Below are positions 31,610-40,786 of a stretch of 64,000 nt of DNA, in pieces. The notes under the pieces are model-generated. The model was given only the letters and a program-made list of their open reading frames with translations, was not told the origin of the DNA and did not search any database. The position numbers and the translations under genes are program-made. The number at the start of each line of letters is the position of its first letter. The stretch's first letter is position 1. Source of the DNA: a virus (Duplodnaviria > Heunggongvirae > Uroviricota > Caudoviricetes > Crassvirales); IMG/VR virus record IMGVR_UViG_3300024350_000008; one strand, given 5' to 3'.

Positions 31610-31732
31610 ATGTAGTTTATTTTAAGTTTGGTTTATACGTTTGTAAAAGTAATCAGAGTATATTGAATAGCAAAGAGTTATGCATTTGTGTGAATGTTTT
31701 TCCCGTATAATATAGCATTAATATAATTCACT

Positions 31733-32263
31733 CTAATCAAGTTTGTTTGTAATCGTGTCATTTATGAGTCTAAAGCTTCTGATAGGGGCTATATCTGTAA
31801 GCGTAACCTGTTGAATGTCAACTCCCCATTTCTTAGCTTCAACCCTCACCTTCTTAGTAAGTGTATTGTCTATTTCTGGATCTATACACTGTTCTAGAGG
31901 TAGGGATATGACGATGTTCTTGATGATAGACTGGGTCATATCAGCCAAGGCATCCTGAGCATCAAATACTTCCAGGAGGAACACTTTGACATCAGATATC
32001 TTATATTTGACAACACCTTTAACAACTATGTTTTGTTTATCCTTTGTATATAGCGACTGGGCAGAAAGGCTCAACGTTGTTACAACAGCATGCTGCTGTA
32101 TCACTTCATCTATAACAGGGAGTTTCACGTGGAACCCTGGTTTCAATACCTTCTTGAACTTACCAGCCCTTAGCAAAACAGCTTCCTCATAGTCTGGTAT
32201 GATCACTGCTGGCATCAAAAAATTCCACCAATGAGTTATTAGGTCTATGAGTTTATCAAACAT
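31733..32263 (-). CDS. SPFH/band-7 (stomatin/HflC-like) domain protein (176 aa) with an N-terminal hydrophobic segment
   Basis: N-terminal hydrophobic WWNFLMPAVII. The stretch YEEAVLLRAGKFKKVLKPGFHVKLPVIDEV...TKDKQNIVVKGVVKYKISD...WGVDIQQVTLTDIAPI follows the conserved SPFH pattern. Confidence 0.55.
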   Translation of the reverse strand: MFDKLIDLITHWWNFLMPAVIIPDYEEAVLLRAGKFKKVLKPGFHVKLPVIDEVIQQHAVVTTLSLSAQSLYTKDKQNIVVKGVVKYKISDVKVFLLEVFDAQDALADMTQSIIKNIVISLPLEQCIDPEIDNTLTKKVRVEAKKWGVDIQQVTLTDIAPIRSFRLINDTITNKLD

Positions 32264-34845
32264 TATTTAGGTTTTTTAGCTCGATTTCTAGCGTTCACCT
32301 TTGCTATTTCGAGATCGTTCTTTTGGTTCTCTCTAGCCACCTTCAGCTTTTCTCTTTCGATTTCCAGCTTCTGTAAACTTTGAGAGTTCTTAGACTGAAT
32401 GTCTGCCATCTTCATTTCATATTCTCTGCCTGTACGTGACTGTTCAGCTGCAATCTTCTGAATTTCCAGAACATCAGGAGCTCCACTCTTGTCTATATCT
32501 GTAAGAGGACCCACCTTAGCTTCAGCATTTATCAGAGCTATTTCTTTTTTATTGATTCTATCAAGTTCATTCTGATAGTTCTCATTAGCCATATCTTGTT
32601 CCTTCTGGAACTGAGCCTGTTGCAATTGAGACTGAGCAATCTGAGCTTGTTGATCAAGTTGTTGCTGTTTCAACTGGAGCTCACTATTTTGTAGATCCAT
32701 TTGTCTGTTTCTCAAGTCTTTAAACACTTTCTTCATTGCTCTCATAGACTTGGTACTGTAAAGTTCAATTACATCATACAATGTACCACCATTCTGGATG
32801 ATAGCCTGAGAAAGACCTCTAAGCTCGTCAAACATTTGCTTATCTTCAGGACGATTTGTCAAGAATACTTTCAAATCTCTAAACTTGAGATCAGATCCAT
32901 TTACAGAAACAAATGCTGATTCACCTTCACTGGTGATATAACTTAGTGTAGACTGAGGCTTCTTGGATTCTACATATAGGGCAGCATCAATGATTGCTTG
33001 ATAGAGCTGACCCATAATATATTCGTGAGCTACAAATAATGGTTCTGTTTGAGAATAAGATTGTTGTACAGCTGTGTTTACACCTGTAGCAGATTCACTG
33101 GATGTAATAGATCCCATACGTTGTCTGCTCATTCCCACAAGTTCCCAACATTCGTTCTTGAGCTGTTGAGCCAGTGTGTAACGAGATTGTATTTCCTGTG
33201 TACGTGTAAGATCAATGTCTCTAAACTGATTGAATGAGCTTGGACTCTTTAGATTCTCAGGGCTGTCGTCAATAAATACAACACCACGATTACGAGCTTC
33301 CATTTCCCAGATGTCTAGTGCATCTTGTGCATCACCATCCTTGGGAACGGGAATGTGCCTGATGGATGTCAAGTACACCTTACCCACTTCCTTCTCAAGG
33401 AGCTTGTAAAGCTGGTTCATACAAACATTGTAGAGCACCTGGAAAGGCTTCATTAAGTCTACAAGACTCTTAGCCTCTGTGTTCTTCACCTCAAATGTTG
33501 TACCAATGATGGGACAATAGTTGAGAAGATTAAACGGTTTGATGTGGTAGATGTCTGGACCAATCTTTGTTCCTTGATACCACTGATTTATCCATCCCCA
33601 TTCTAGAGACTGCTGTGTAGGAATGGTGTTAGATTTGTAATTCTCATCTACCAGGACAGACTGCTCATTTCCCAATTCATCCAGGTAAATGACCTTACCG
33701 ATCTTCTTCTTACTAATCCAATAAGAACGGACAACAACATACTTGTATCCAAAAGAGGAAACATTTGATGTGAGTCCTAAGAAGTCTTTCAGCCCATCGT
33801 TGTTCTCCTTCATTTCTGATTCAATAATCATACGTGTCTGAAGAACAAGAGGATCATATGTGTCGTACATTACAGAATCAATACCAGGAATCGCATCAGG
33901 ATTACCTAGATTGGATTCACGTACATTAATAAGTCCGTAGTCTTGAAGAGATGAACGCAGGTGATCTATCTCCTCTTTAGTGAGATCAGGAATGCTCTCA
34001 ATGATCTCTGAAAGCTCCATAACTTGAACAGTACCAGCAGCATAAGCACCTTGAGCTCTCCCTGTAGGGTCGCTAATCCACTTTCTATCAGGCGTTGTGA
34101 GAAACCATGTATTCTTTGGGTTAGCCACCTCAATGTTAAATCCAAGCTTTGAATTATCTTCATATATGTGATAGAATTCTCTTCCTGATATAAGCATGTC
34201 ACGAAATGCATCTTCTGATTTCTCCTTTAGATTGAACTCTGCCTTTTGACATGTCAATACATGGTTGGCCCATTTCTCAGCTACAGATGTATAACTGTCA
34301 AGCACATCTTTCACTTGCTCCATTGTCATTTGTTCTAGTTCCTCTGGATCAATCTCTTGACCAGTCATTGCGGCTTGCTGAACAATCTTTTGCTTGGCTT
34401 GACTAATTACGTATTGTTGTAGAATGTCTGTTTTAAATTGCAGCTCTTCAGCTTTGCTGTCATCATCAAACGCTTTCACCCTGAATGTATCAGGACGCTT
34501 TGTGATTTCACCAACCAGCTCATTCACTGGTGTAGTCATGATGGAATACATCTTCACATATGCAGGAAGCTGTAAGTCAGCTGTCATGATGTCTGTAAAT
34601 GATTTCACCTGTGGTTCTTGATAGAAGTCTTCCATACGAAGAATACCTTTTATCAAGTCGTAGTTTTTGACAAATGTATCACGGTTCTTTACATACTCAG
34701 CATAAGACTTGTTTGCAAAGTAGTCCATCGTGTTCTTTATCCAACTCTCATCCTGCTTCTCTTTGTCAGTTTTAAACTGATCAGGGAATATGTTTAGATA
34801 GGCATATCTAATCGTAGCATCCTTGGTATATCTAATGATAGCCAT
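32263..34845 (-). CDS. Portal protein (860 aa)
   Basis: Immediately downstream of the large terminase, with an overlapping ATG. The size and the Q-rich coiled-coil C-terminus fit a portal. Confidence 0.55.
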   Translation of the reverse strand: MAIIRYTKDATIRYAYLNIFPDQFKTDKEKQDESWIKNTMDYFANKSYAEYVKNRDTFVKNYDLIKGILRMEDFYQEPQVKSFTDIMTADLQLPAYVKMYSIMTTPVNELVGEITKRPDTFRVKAFDDDSKAEELQFKTDILQQYVISQAKQKIVQQAAMTGQEIDPEELEQMTMEQVKDVLDSYTSVAEKWANHVLTCQKAEFNLKEKSEDAFRDMLISGREFYHIYEDNSKLGFNIEVANPKNTWFLTTPDRKWISDPTGRAQGAYAAGTVQVMELSEIIESIPDLTKEEIDHLRSSLQDYGLINVRESNLGNPDAIPGIDSVMYDTYDPLVLQTRMIIESEMKENNDGLKDFLGLTSNVSSFGYKYVVVRSYWISKKKIGKVIYLDELGNEQSVLVDENYKSNTIPTQQSLEWGWINQWYQGTKIGPDIYHIKPFNLLNYCPIIGTTFEVKNTEAKSLVDLMKPFQVLYNVCMNQLYKLLEKEVGKVYLTSIRHIPVPKDGDAQDALDIWEMEARNRGVVFIDDSPENLKSPSSFNQFRDIDLTRTQEIQSRYTLAQQLKNECWELVGMSRQRMGSITSSESATGVNTAVQQSYSQTEPLFVAHEYIMGQLYQAIIDAALYVESKKPQSTLSYITSEGESAFVSVNGSDLKFRDLKVFLTNRPEDKQMFDELRGLSQAIIQNGGTLYDVIELYSTKSMRAMKKVFKDLRNRQMDLQNSELQLKQQQLDQQAQIAQSQLQQAQFQKEQDMANENYQNELDRINKKEIALINAEAKVGPLTDIDKSGAPDVLEIQKIAAEQSRTGREYEMKMADIQSKNSQSLQKLEIEREKLKVARENQKNDLEIAKVNARNRAKKPK

Positions 34846-36872
34846 TATGTAAAAAGTTTACTTTTTTTCCTTTTATTAAATAACCCACGAGATTCTGTGA
34901 ACAACACATTCTTCTTATTGGGTTTGAATATCGCGCTCACTCTAGGATCACTGGATCCTCCCACCTTACCAAGCACAGGATCCATCTTAAGAGCCTGAGC
35001 AATAGCAAGTTCTGCAGCCACAATACGGTCAAAGTTACCTTGATCGTTGTATTGGATGATTTCTTCCAACAGCACAGGATCAAATATCTTTGATACACCT
35101 GTCACTTCTTTCACTATCTTTCCGTCATCATCCTTCTCAGAATACACCACTTCCTCCATATACTTCTTCAGACAGTTGTGTAGATAGTCTCTGATTTTCT
35201 CAGAAGAACGGTGTACACCATAGTCACGTTTCACTGTTGTTCCAGGCACCACTTCCTTCAACCAATCAGGTTGCTTCTCTAGGTAGTGTGCATCTCCTTT
35301 TGCTTTCATATATTCTATGAAAGATATGTCATCGTTCTCACAAAGTGTACGTGCATTGAAATACTTGATGAGAAGTCGTGCCTGTTCTTCCCAGGTGTCT
35401 TTCTTATCAGGTCTTGCACAATACGAAGCTACGAACATATCCTGATATTTCTCTCCTGTAATATCATGCATTCTTTTATAAATGTACACACTACCAAGAG
35501 ATGTAGAATACGCAGCTTGTCCTTGTCTGTATGGGTCAACCCCTGCTACATAGAGTCCGTATGGAGGATTCTCGATAGGGAATTCGTATATAACAACAGG
35601 AGCATCTTTTAAGTCACTGTTCTTTAGAGGGAAGTTGGTTATTGGTTGTTTGTCCGTAAACTCGTGACAAATCTTTTCACCGTCATTAAACAGAATAACA
35701 GGAGTGCCCGTACGCCCCTGCATAAGCAACCTACTCTTTTGACGTTTGGCTGCTTCTATATCAAATATGTTTGTGTCCTCATTGAGGAAGATGTCATCCA
35801 CTTCAATTGGATAGTACATCTTCTCTTTCAAATAAGCCACTCTGTCTCCAGCCTTCTTTAGTCTTTCTAAATTGTTTGTGGTGATTTCAAGAGCTTTGTC
35901 TTCATTGCTCACCAACATCTTAACATTATACAAGTCACTGTCAACAGGCTGTTCCAAAAACTCACCGAGCGTGCTTTCTTCTTTTGCCTCCATGCGATAC
36001 TTATATGAGATAAATAACCCATGAACGCGCGTGTCATCTTTCTCATTGTTATAACTTAGGAAGTTAAAATTGTCTGCATCAAACATCAAGGATTTAGCAT
36101 CCATGAATTTCTTCATATCACCACCTGTACCTGTAAGCAAAGGAGAACATCCCCAACCATAAGGTGTGGTGAAACCAGGCACAGCTGCCTGAAAACCTCT
36201 AAGGAAATTTCCCTTACCAATCTCATCAATAATTAGTTTACGTGGTTTTGTACCTGCAATAGCTTCCTCGTTATTACCTTCATCCAAGTTACGGATGAGG
36301 ATTTGGGAGAACGGTATACGTTCCCCTCCACGAGTCTTGATACCTAGGGTGACTTGGTTTTTCCAATTATCCTCCACTCTCTGCCATCTCCATGCTTCAG
36401 GCAAAAAGTTGAGGCCCTTGTCCAGCTTATCTGTGATCAGCTTTATATCGGGGGCATTTAACCCAGCGATCACATTCTGGGAATTTTCGTCAAACGTTGC
36501 GCCCCACCCTATGTAAGAAGCCTCTAAAACAGACTTGGCAAAACGTCTAATTCCTAGGATGACCAAGCCCTTTTTTTCTTGTTGTGCCCTGTCGATTTCA
36601 TTTGTCACTATCCATTCGTTATCACGCAACAGGGGATTGGCATATTTCTGATATATTCTTCCACGCTCATCAACAACATCCACCTCTGTATGCCACATGT
36701 TCAGATGCCAGTATAAAAATGGGTTGATGTATACACCGCCCATCATGCAACCATTGAGACAAAGCTCTTTGTGAAAGTCATAGAACTGTTTATACTCCTC
36801 TGACTCACGGTCAGGCAGACGCCCCTGGTTAATAAACCAGTCTTTGTAGTCTATGCTTTTAAGCTCGCCCAT
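34845..36872 (-). CDS. terL: Terminase large subunit (675 aa)
   Basis: Variant Walker A LGIRRFAKS. Walker B LIIDEIG. C-terminal nuclease-like stretch VAGVDPYRQG...SVYIYK. Confidence 0.8.
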   Translation of the reverse strand: MGELKSIDYKDWFINQGRLPDRESEEYKQFYDFHKELCLNGCMMGGVYINPFLYWHLNMWHTEVDVVDERGRIYQKYANPLLRDNEWIVTNEIDRAQQEKKGLVILGIRRFAKSVLEASYIGWGATFDENSQNVIAGLNAPDIKLITDKLDKGLNFLPEAWRWQRVEDNWKNQVTLGIKTRGGERIPFSQILIRNLDEGNNEEAIAGTKPRKLIIDEIGKGNFLRGFQAAVPGFTTPYGWGCSPLLTGTGGDMKKFMDAKSLMFDADNFNFLSYNNEKDDTRVHGLFISYKYRMEAKEESTLGEFLEQPVDSDLYNVKMLVSNEDKALEITTNNLERLKKAGDRVAYLKEKMYYPIEVDDIFLNEDTNIFDIEAAKRQKSRLLMQGRTGTPVILFNDGEKICHEFTDKQPITNFPLKNSDLKDAPVVIYEFPIENPPYGLYVAGVDPYRQGQAAYSTSLGSVYIYKRMHDITGEKYQDMFVASYCARPDKKDTWEEQARLLIKYFNARTLCENDDISFIEYMKAKGDAHYLEKQPDWLKEVVPGTTVKRDYGVHRSSEKIRDYLHNCLKKYMEEVVYSEKDDDGKIVKEVTGVSKIFDPVLLEEIIQYNDQGNFDRIVAAELAIAQALKMDPVLGKVGGSSDPRVSAIFKPNKKNVLFTESRGLFNKRKKSKLFT

Positions 36873-37207
36873 TATCGTCTGCTCTTAAGGAAGTCCTCAG
36901 CCATGGAGCTTAGTTCTCCATTGCCTCTGATTTCCACTTTAGCTTCTTCCTTCTCTCTTAGTTTCTCCACCACCTCTAGAAGAGCCAAGTAGTTCTTCAT
37001 TGTTTCCTGTATAAACTTACCTTGTGCTTCGATTGATGCAATCACCATGGGAAGCATGCCTCCTTTGGCTGTAGGTTTCCACTCAATCCTATCTTTAAGT
37101 TCATGCAGGGGATTGGCATCAACATACGCCTTCCAGGAGGAAAGCTGTTGTTCTGCCCAATCAAGCTCAGCATTTACGTATGTAGTTTTTTTAATAGTCT
37201 TCGCCAT
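36872..37207 (-). CDS. Hypothetical protein (111 aa), possibly a small terminase or packaging accessory
   Basis: Directly upstream of terL with an overlapping stop and start. Coiled-coil. Confidence 0.35.
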   Translation of the reverse strand: MAKTIKKTTYVNAELDWAEQQLSSWKAYVDANPLHELKDRIEWKPTAKGGMLPMVIASIEAQGKFIQETMKNYLALLEVVEKLREKEEAKVEIRGNGELSSMAEDFLKSRR

Positions 37208-37472
37208 CTTCTTCTTTTAATATGTTCTCCAGATTCATCCCCTCCTTTATAATCTGATCAATTTCACTCTCGTCTGTATGGGGCACGTCCATGTCTAGCT
37301 CAGCCTTGTATTTATCAAGAGCAAACAACAGCTCTCTGTCAGTGAGTCCCCACACATCTCCATATTCATCTAGCGCAGTGGCTAGGTGTCTACCCATATT
37401 GTAATTAGGGTAGCTTACATGTAATTGTTGTAAGAGTGCGAGCACTCTGTAATAATCATTGGGTCTTCCCAT
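37191..37472 (-). CDS. Hypothetical protein (93 aa)
   Basis: ORF in the operon. Confidence 0.35.
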   Translation of the reverse strand: MGRPNDYYRVLALLQQLHVSYPNYNMGRHLATALDEYGDVWGLTDRELLFALDKYKAELDMDVPHTDESEIDQIIKEGMNLENILKEEDGEDY

Positions 37473-37481
37473 GTCTACAAT

Positions 37482-37661
37482 TTAGGCAATAATCCCAGCT
37501 GAACTTGCAGACAGCTTGTTTAGTCCAGGCGTAATTACATCCTTTATAAGCTTAGCAATCTGTTCGTTGGCCAGTGTTTTTACATCTTCTGAAATGCCTG
37601 GTGTGGCAACAAGTGCCCCCAGCTTTTCAATTACTATCCATGCTTCCACTACAGGGTTCAT
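37482..37661 (-). CDS. Small ORF (59 aa) absent from the ORF track
   Basis: Hand translation gives MNPVVEAWIVIEKLGALVATPGISEDVKTLANEQIAKLIKDVITPGLNKLSASSAGIIA. Its ATG overlaps the TGA of the 84-aa gene (ATGA). Confidence 0.3.
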   Translation of the reverse strand: MNPVVEAWIVIEKLGALVATPGISEDVKTLANEQIAKLIKDVITPGLNKLSASSAGIIA

Positions 37662-37912
37662 ATTAATTGGTTTAAATCTTCGTCTGTCATATCTTCGTCT
37701 TTCCTTTCATCCAGCTCCACATCTATTTCAAACTCATCCTCAGGATTGACATTCATATATTCTTCCTTTATGGCTATAGCAATGTTGTCTTGCACCTCGT
37801 TGGCTGTTCCCATGATGTCAACATAGTCAGCCCCCTTGTTCCAAGCGTCATGAAGAATGTCTATCAACACCTTCAACGGAATTTTCTTCAATATTACTTC
37901 GTTGTTTTCCAT
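37658..37912 (-). CDS. Small acidic protein (84 aa)
   Basis: ORF. D/E-rich C-terminal half. Confidence 0.35.
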   Translation of the reverse strand: MENNEVILKKIPLKVLIDILHDAWNKGADYVDIMGTANEVQDNIAIAIKEEYMNVNPEDEFEIDVELDERKDEDMTDEDLNQLI

Positions 37913-38192
37913 CGTTTTTCATTTGCTCTTCTTGTTCTTGTGTCACCACAGCTGTCCATTTCTTTAGAGGACATTCACATGAGAGACACTTGGTTTTAGC
38001 AGACAGGGTGCATCCACATTTTGTGCAATGCTCATCGAGACGTAGGGTTTTATATCCCCACCTGTTAGATGAATGATAGTCACATTGCTTACAAATGCTA
38101 AGCCTCGAAAGGCTCGTCTCCTTTATAATCGTCTTCAGCTCCTCTGAGGGAAACAGGTTGTTCTTCCATCCCTCGTAAATCTGTGATAGCAT
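37848..38192 (-). CDS. Zinc-ribbon protein (114 aa)
   Basis: CKQC...CTKC...CLSC paired Cys motifs. Confidence 0.4.
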   Translation of the reverse strand: MLSQIYEGWKNNLFPSEELKTIIKETSLSRLSICKQCDYHSSNRWGYKTLRLDEHCTKCGCTLSAKTKCLSCECPLKKWTAVVTQEQEEQMKNDGKQRSNIEENSVEGVDRHSS

Positions 38193-38571
38193 ACATTCTT
38201 GGTTTTAAATCTCTTATGCAATCTTTAGCAATCTGTAATTTGAGCTCCAGCGACTTCCTTTTCTGTTCCGTCAGTGCATCGTCTTCCAACATCTTAGAGA
38301 ACAGCGCCACCTGACTGTGATGTTTCTCCATCTGCCTGACAGCCTTCCCCTCATTGAAGAAGAATTTCCCAAACCCACTTATCTCCAAGCTCTTTACATT
38401 CTTCAGCGCCTCATTAGCTCCCTGAAACTGGTGGTTGACAACAGCCTCAATCGTCTTCTCACTGAGCAACATCTTAGGAGCCAGCTTTCTTATTATCCAA
38501 TCCTTGACGGACAGACTCATTGGCTTATTGTCCGTGAACAAGTCTGATTTCAAGGGTGACATCATTTTCAA
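38098..38571 (-). CDS. Hypothetical protein (157 aa)
   Basis: ORF. It overlaps its neighbours, so the true start may be internal. Confidence 0.35.
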   Translation of the reverse strand: MKMMSPLKSDLFTDNKPMSLSVKDWIIRKLAPKMLLSEKTIEAVVNHQFQGANEALKNVKSLEISGFGKFFFNEGKAVRQMEKHHSQVALFSKMLEDDALTEQKRKSLELKLQIAKDCIRDLKPRMYAITDLRGMEEQPVSLRGAEDDYKGDEPFEA

Positions 38572-38872
38572 AGTTTAATACTATCCTAGGATTCACCTTC
38601 ACCTTCGTCCCATCCTTCACTAATACGCCCATCTTCTTCAGCCTAGAAATAATGTTATTTATAGACGGATTGGTGGTGCCATACTTCTCACAAAAATCCT
38701 TCCTTATATTAGCATAAGAGATGTTACCTCTTATAGCTGCATAGGCTATAAGCTGTATTTCCCTCTGTGTAAGCTTCAAATCATTAATAGAAGAAAGGAT
38801 GGTGTAATACCTCTCTGCTAACAGATAATCGTCCTTCTCTTCCTTCTTTAGTTTTTGTAATATCACTCTCAT
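38525..38872 (-). CDS. HTH or winged-helix DNA-binding protein (115 aa). It is the first gene of the minus-strand operon, so it may be a regulator or a small terminase.
   Basis: C-terminal stretch NIRKDFCEKYGTTNPSINNIISRLKKMGVL looks like a helix-turn-helix. Confidence 0.4.
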   Translation of the reverse strand: MRVILQKLKKEEKDDYLLAERYYTILSSINDLKLTQREIQLIAYAAIRGNISYANIRKDFCEKYGTTNPSINNIISRLKKMGVLVKDGTKVKVNPRIVLNFENDVTLEIRLVHGQ

Positions 38873-39480
38873 TATGTAGAATGGTACAAAGATACAATGT
38901 TATTCTAACATGTTCAAATACAATCTTTTAGCTTATTGCTATATTATGCTCTTTTTTCCATCTCCCAGACCATTCCATCCACCACTTACACCCATTTAAC
39001 CACATTCTATCTATAGGACCAGACTTATTCTCTCACCCCACCCTCCACCCCAAAGTTACAAACCTTCCTCCATATAAGCCAAATTTATTTTTGTAAACCT
39101 ATGGCCTGACAAAACACCCCCCTATGTCAACTCATATCCTGACAAGCCCCCCTACACTTGTAAGTGCCCCTAGGTATTATGTGTATAGGAGGGGAGGGTA
39201 CTCCATTTCAAAACCCCCAGCCTGTCTTGCAATGTTGGGGCTACCCCCCATCAATTGCTACAGAATGGGCGATTTTGCCAGGTAAAACGTTCTGGAAATC
39301 TTTTCTAAAGGACAGCAACAGTTCAACGGTCTGCCACAAGTTCATTGCTGCATTCTAAAGGAATAGATTAATTATGGAGAATTAAGCCACTAAGAACGGC
39401 AGACACATCATGGGAAGACCAGTTCTTCCCTTGTCCTCATTCCATCCCAAAACCATTTAACAGCCTTAAAATTAAACGTT
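38873..39480. promoter_or_regulatory. Divergent non-coding region between the two modules. It carries C-rich tracts and direct repeats of CCTGACAA followed by CCCCCCTA, at 39105..39126 and 39138..39156.
   Basis: About 600 bp with no convincing ORF. The C-runs on the plus strand are atypical for this AT-rich genome. Genes diverge from both flanks. Confidence 0.5.
39442..39455 (+). promoter_or_regulatory. Conserved early upstream motif TCCATCCCAAAACC, copy 1. It sits 25 nt upstream of the ATG at 39481.
   Basis: The identical 14-mer recurs at 40097..40110. A related CATTCCAAAACC recurs at 39709..39720. Each copy sits just downstream of a terminator. Confidence 0.45.
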
Positions 39481-39681
39481 ATGCTAGTAACAACAACAAG
39501 CCAATTGACAGGCAAACAACACACAATGGAGCTAGACATTACAGAAGAACAGATTGATTCCTACTTAAGTGGTGCTAAGGTGCAGGATGCATTTCCTCAC
39601 CTCAAGCCACATGAAAGGGAGTTCATTCTAACAGGAATGACACCTGAAGAGTGGGATGAATTAGTTGCATTCGGAGAATAA
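39481..39681 (+). CDS. Early small protein (66 aa)
   Basis: ORF bracketed by the upstream motif and a terminator. Confidence 0.45.
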   Translation: MLVTTTSQLTGKQHTMELDITEEQIDSYLSGAKVQDAFPHLKPHEREFILTGMTPEEWDELVAFGE

Positions 39682-39706
39682 GCACGCTCAATGCGTGCTT
39701 TTTTTA
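39680..39706 (+). terminator. Rho-independent terminator
   Basis: Hairpin AAGCACGC, loop TCAAT, GCGTGCTT, followed by TTTTTTT. Confidence 0.65.
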
Positions 39707-39708
39707 TT

Positions 39709-39720
39709 CATTCCAAAACC
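39709..39720 (+). promoter_or_regulatory. Early upstream motif, copy 2 (CATTCCAAAACC). It sits 26 nt upstream of the ATG at 39747.
   Basis: Shares CCAAAACCATT(T/A)AAC with copy 1. Confidence 0.4.
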
Positions 39721-39746
39721 ATTAAACAACTATAAATCAATACATT

Positions 39747-40061
39747 ATGTTTAAAGTTACAGTTATTCTTCACATTGACAAGACAATGAACATTTGCCAG
39801 AACATGTTTGGAGAAATGTTCTTCCTGCCTGAATTAATTAGTGGTTCATTGAAAACACCATTCTATGCTGTAATCTCTGACCAAATGAAAGATATAAAAG
39901 ACTTCAGCCCACTGTGGGGAGAAGATATTAGTGGGTCATTCAAGGTGATTGGTGCTGCCTTCCAAAGGAAAAGAGACATGCTGGATTGGTTGACAATACC
40001 AGCAATGAAGAGTTGTGAGCAATATGAACCAGACGCAGAATGGCTTGAGTTAGTAAGTTAG
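39747..40061 (+). CDS. Early protein (104 aa)
   Basis: ORF bracketed by the upstream motif and a terminator. Confidence 0.45.
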   Translation: MFKVTVILHIDKTMNICQNMFGEMFFLPELISGSLKTPFYAVISDQMKDIKDFSPLWGEDISGSFKVIGAAFQRKRDMLDWLTIPAMKSCEQYEPDAEWLELVS

Positions 40062-40065
40062 CAAT

Positions 40066-40090
40066 AAAGGGGAATTGCTCCCCTTTTTTC
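40066..40090 (+). terminator. Rho-independent terminator
   Basis: Hairpin AAAGGGGA, loop ATTGC, TCCCCTTT, followed by a T-run. Confidence 0.6.
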
Positions 40091-40096
40091 CCATCA

Positions 40097-40110
40097 TCCA
40101 TCCCAAAACC
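40097..40110 (+). promoter_or_regulatory. Early upstream motif, copy 3 (TCCATCCCAAAACC), about 52 nt upstream of the ATG at 40163
   Basis: Exact 14-mer repeat of copy 1. Confidence 0.45.
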
Positions 40111-40162
40111 TTTTATCGGATATAGGTTTATTATTTATTATTAACTTTAAAAACAAAAACAG

Positions 40163-40567
40163 ATGAACAAGAATTATGTCATCAACAATGGAGCATTCAC
40201 AGCAAGCGGTAATTTCTCAGGCTACACAGCACTCGGAGACAGAATCCATTTGTTCAAGCGTCAAATGCAGGCTCTTGGTTGGGAAAGTCAAACAGACGTT
40301 AAGTTCCCATTCTATTGCATTGCTACGATTAAGCAGATTGGACAGCTTGATTTGAAAGGCAATCCTGTTGTTGATGAGAAAGGTCTTCCTGTGACATCAG
40401 ACAGGCTTACAGCTCTTAGTGCGTTCAAGACACGCGATGAAATCAAGCAGGCTCATGCTGACGCAAGCTTGTTAGACATTGAGATTGCTCAAGAGATTCG
40501 CACACAGGCTAGCTCTGCTGGTCTTACAGAAGAATCTCTCAAGGCTCTTGCAAGCTCACCGTTCTAA
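40163..40567 (+). CDS. Early protein (134 aa)
   Basis: ORF bracketed by the upstream motif and a terminator. Confidence 0.5.
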   Translation: MNKNYVINNGAFTASGNFSGYTALGDRIHLFKRQMQALGWESQTDVKFPFYCIATIKQIGQLDLKGNPVVDEKGLPVTSDRLTALSAFKTRDEIKQAHADASLLDIEIAQEIRTQASSAGLTEESLKALASSPF

Positions 40568-40576
40568 ACTAACCAA

Positions 40577-40610
40577 GAAAGGCTCTCACCCACGGGAGTC
40601 TTTCTTTTTT
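40577..40610 (+). terminator. Rho-independent terminator
   Basis: 11-bp stem GAAAGGCTCTC paired with GGGAGTCTTTC (two G-U pairs), loop ACCCAC, then TTTTTT. Confidence 0.6.
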
Positions 40611-40786
40611 CCCATTGTATATATGGGTGGGCAATGGTGTTTTGTTGCGTAGGGTGGGTGTAATCAATTGATTCTCAGTGTGTTAGAGAGATGCAGTGTG
40701 ACCCATAGACACTTATAAGGGGTAAATTGATAATAGGACACATCGGCCAAATAGGACATAAATATAGCATTAATCAACCATTTTAT

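Noticed and set aside
39164-39358. 64-aa ORF inside the C-rich divergent region
   Set aside because: It lies in a region with repeat and poly-C structure. There is no upstream motif or terminator like the genuine early genes have. Probably non-coding.
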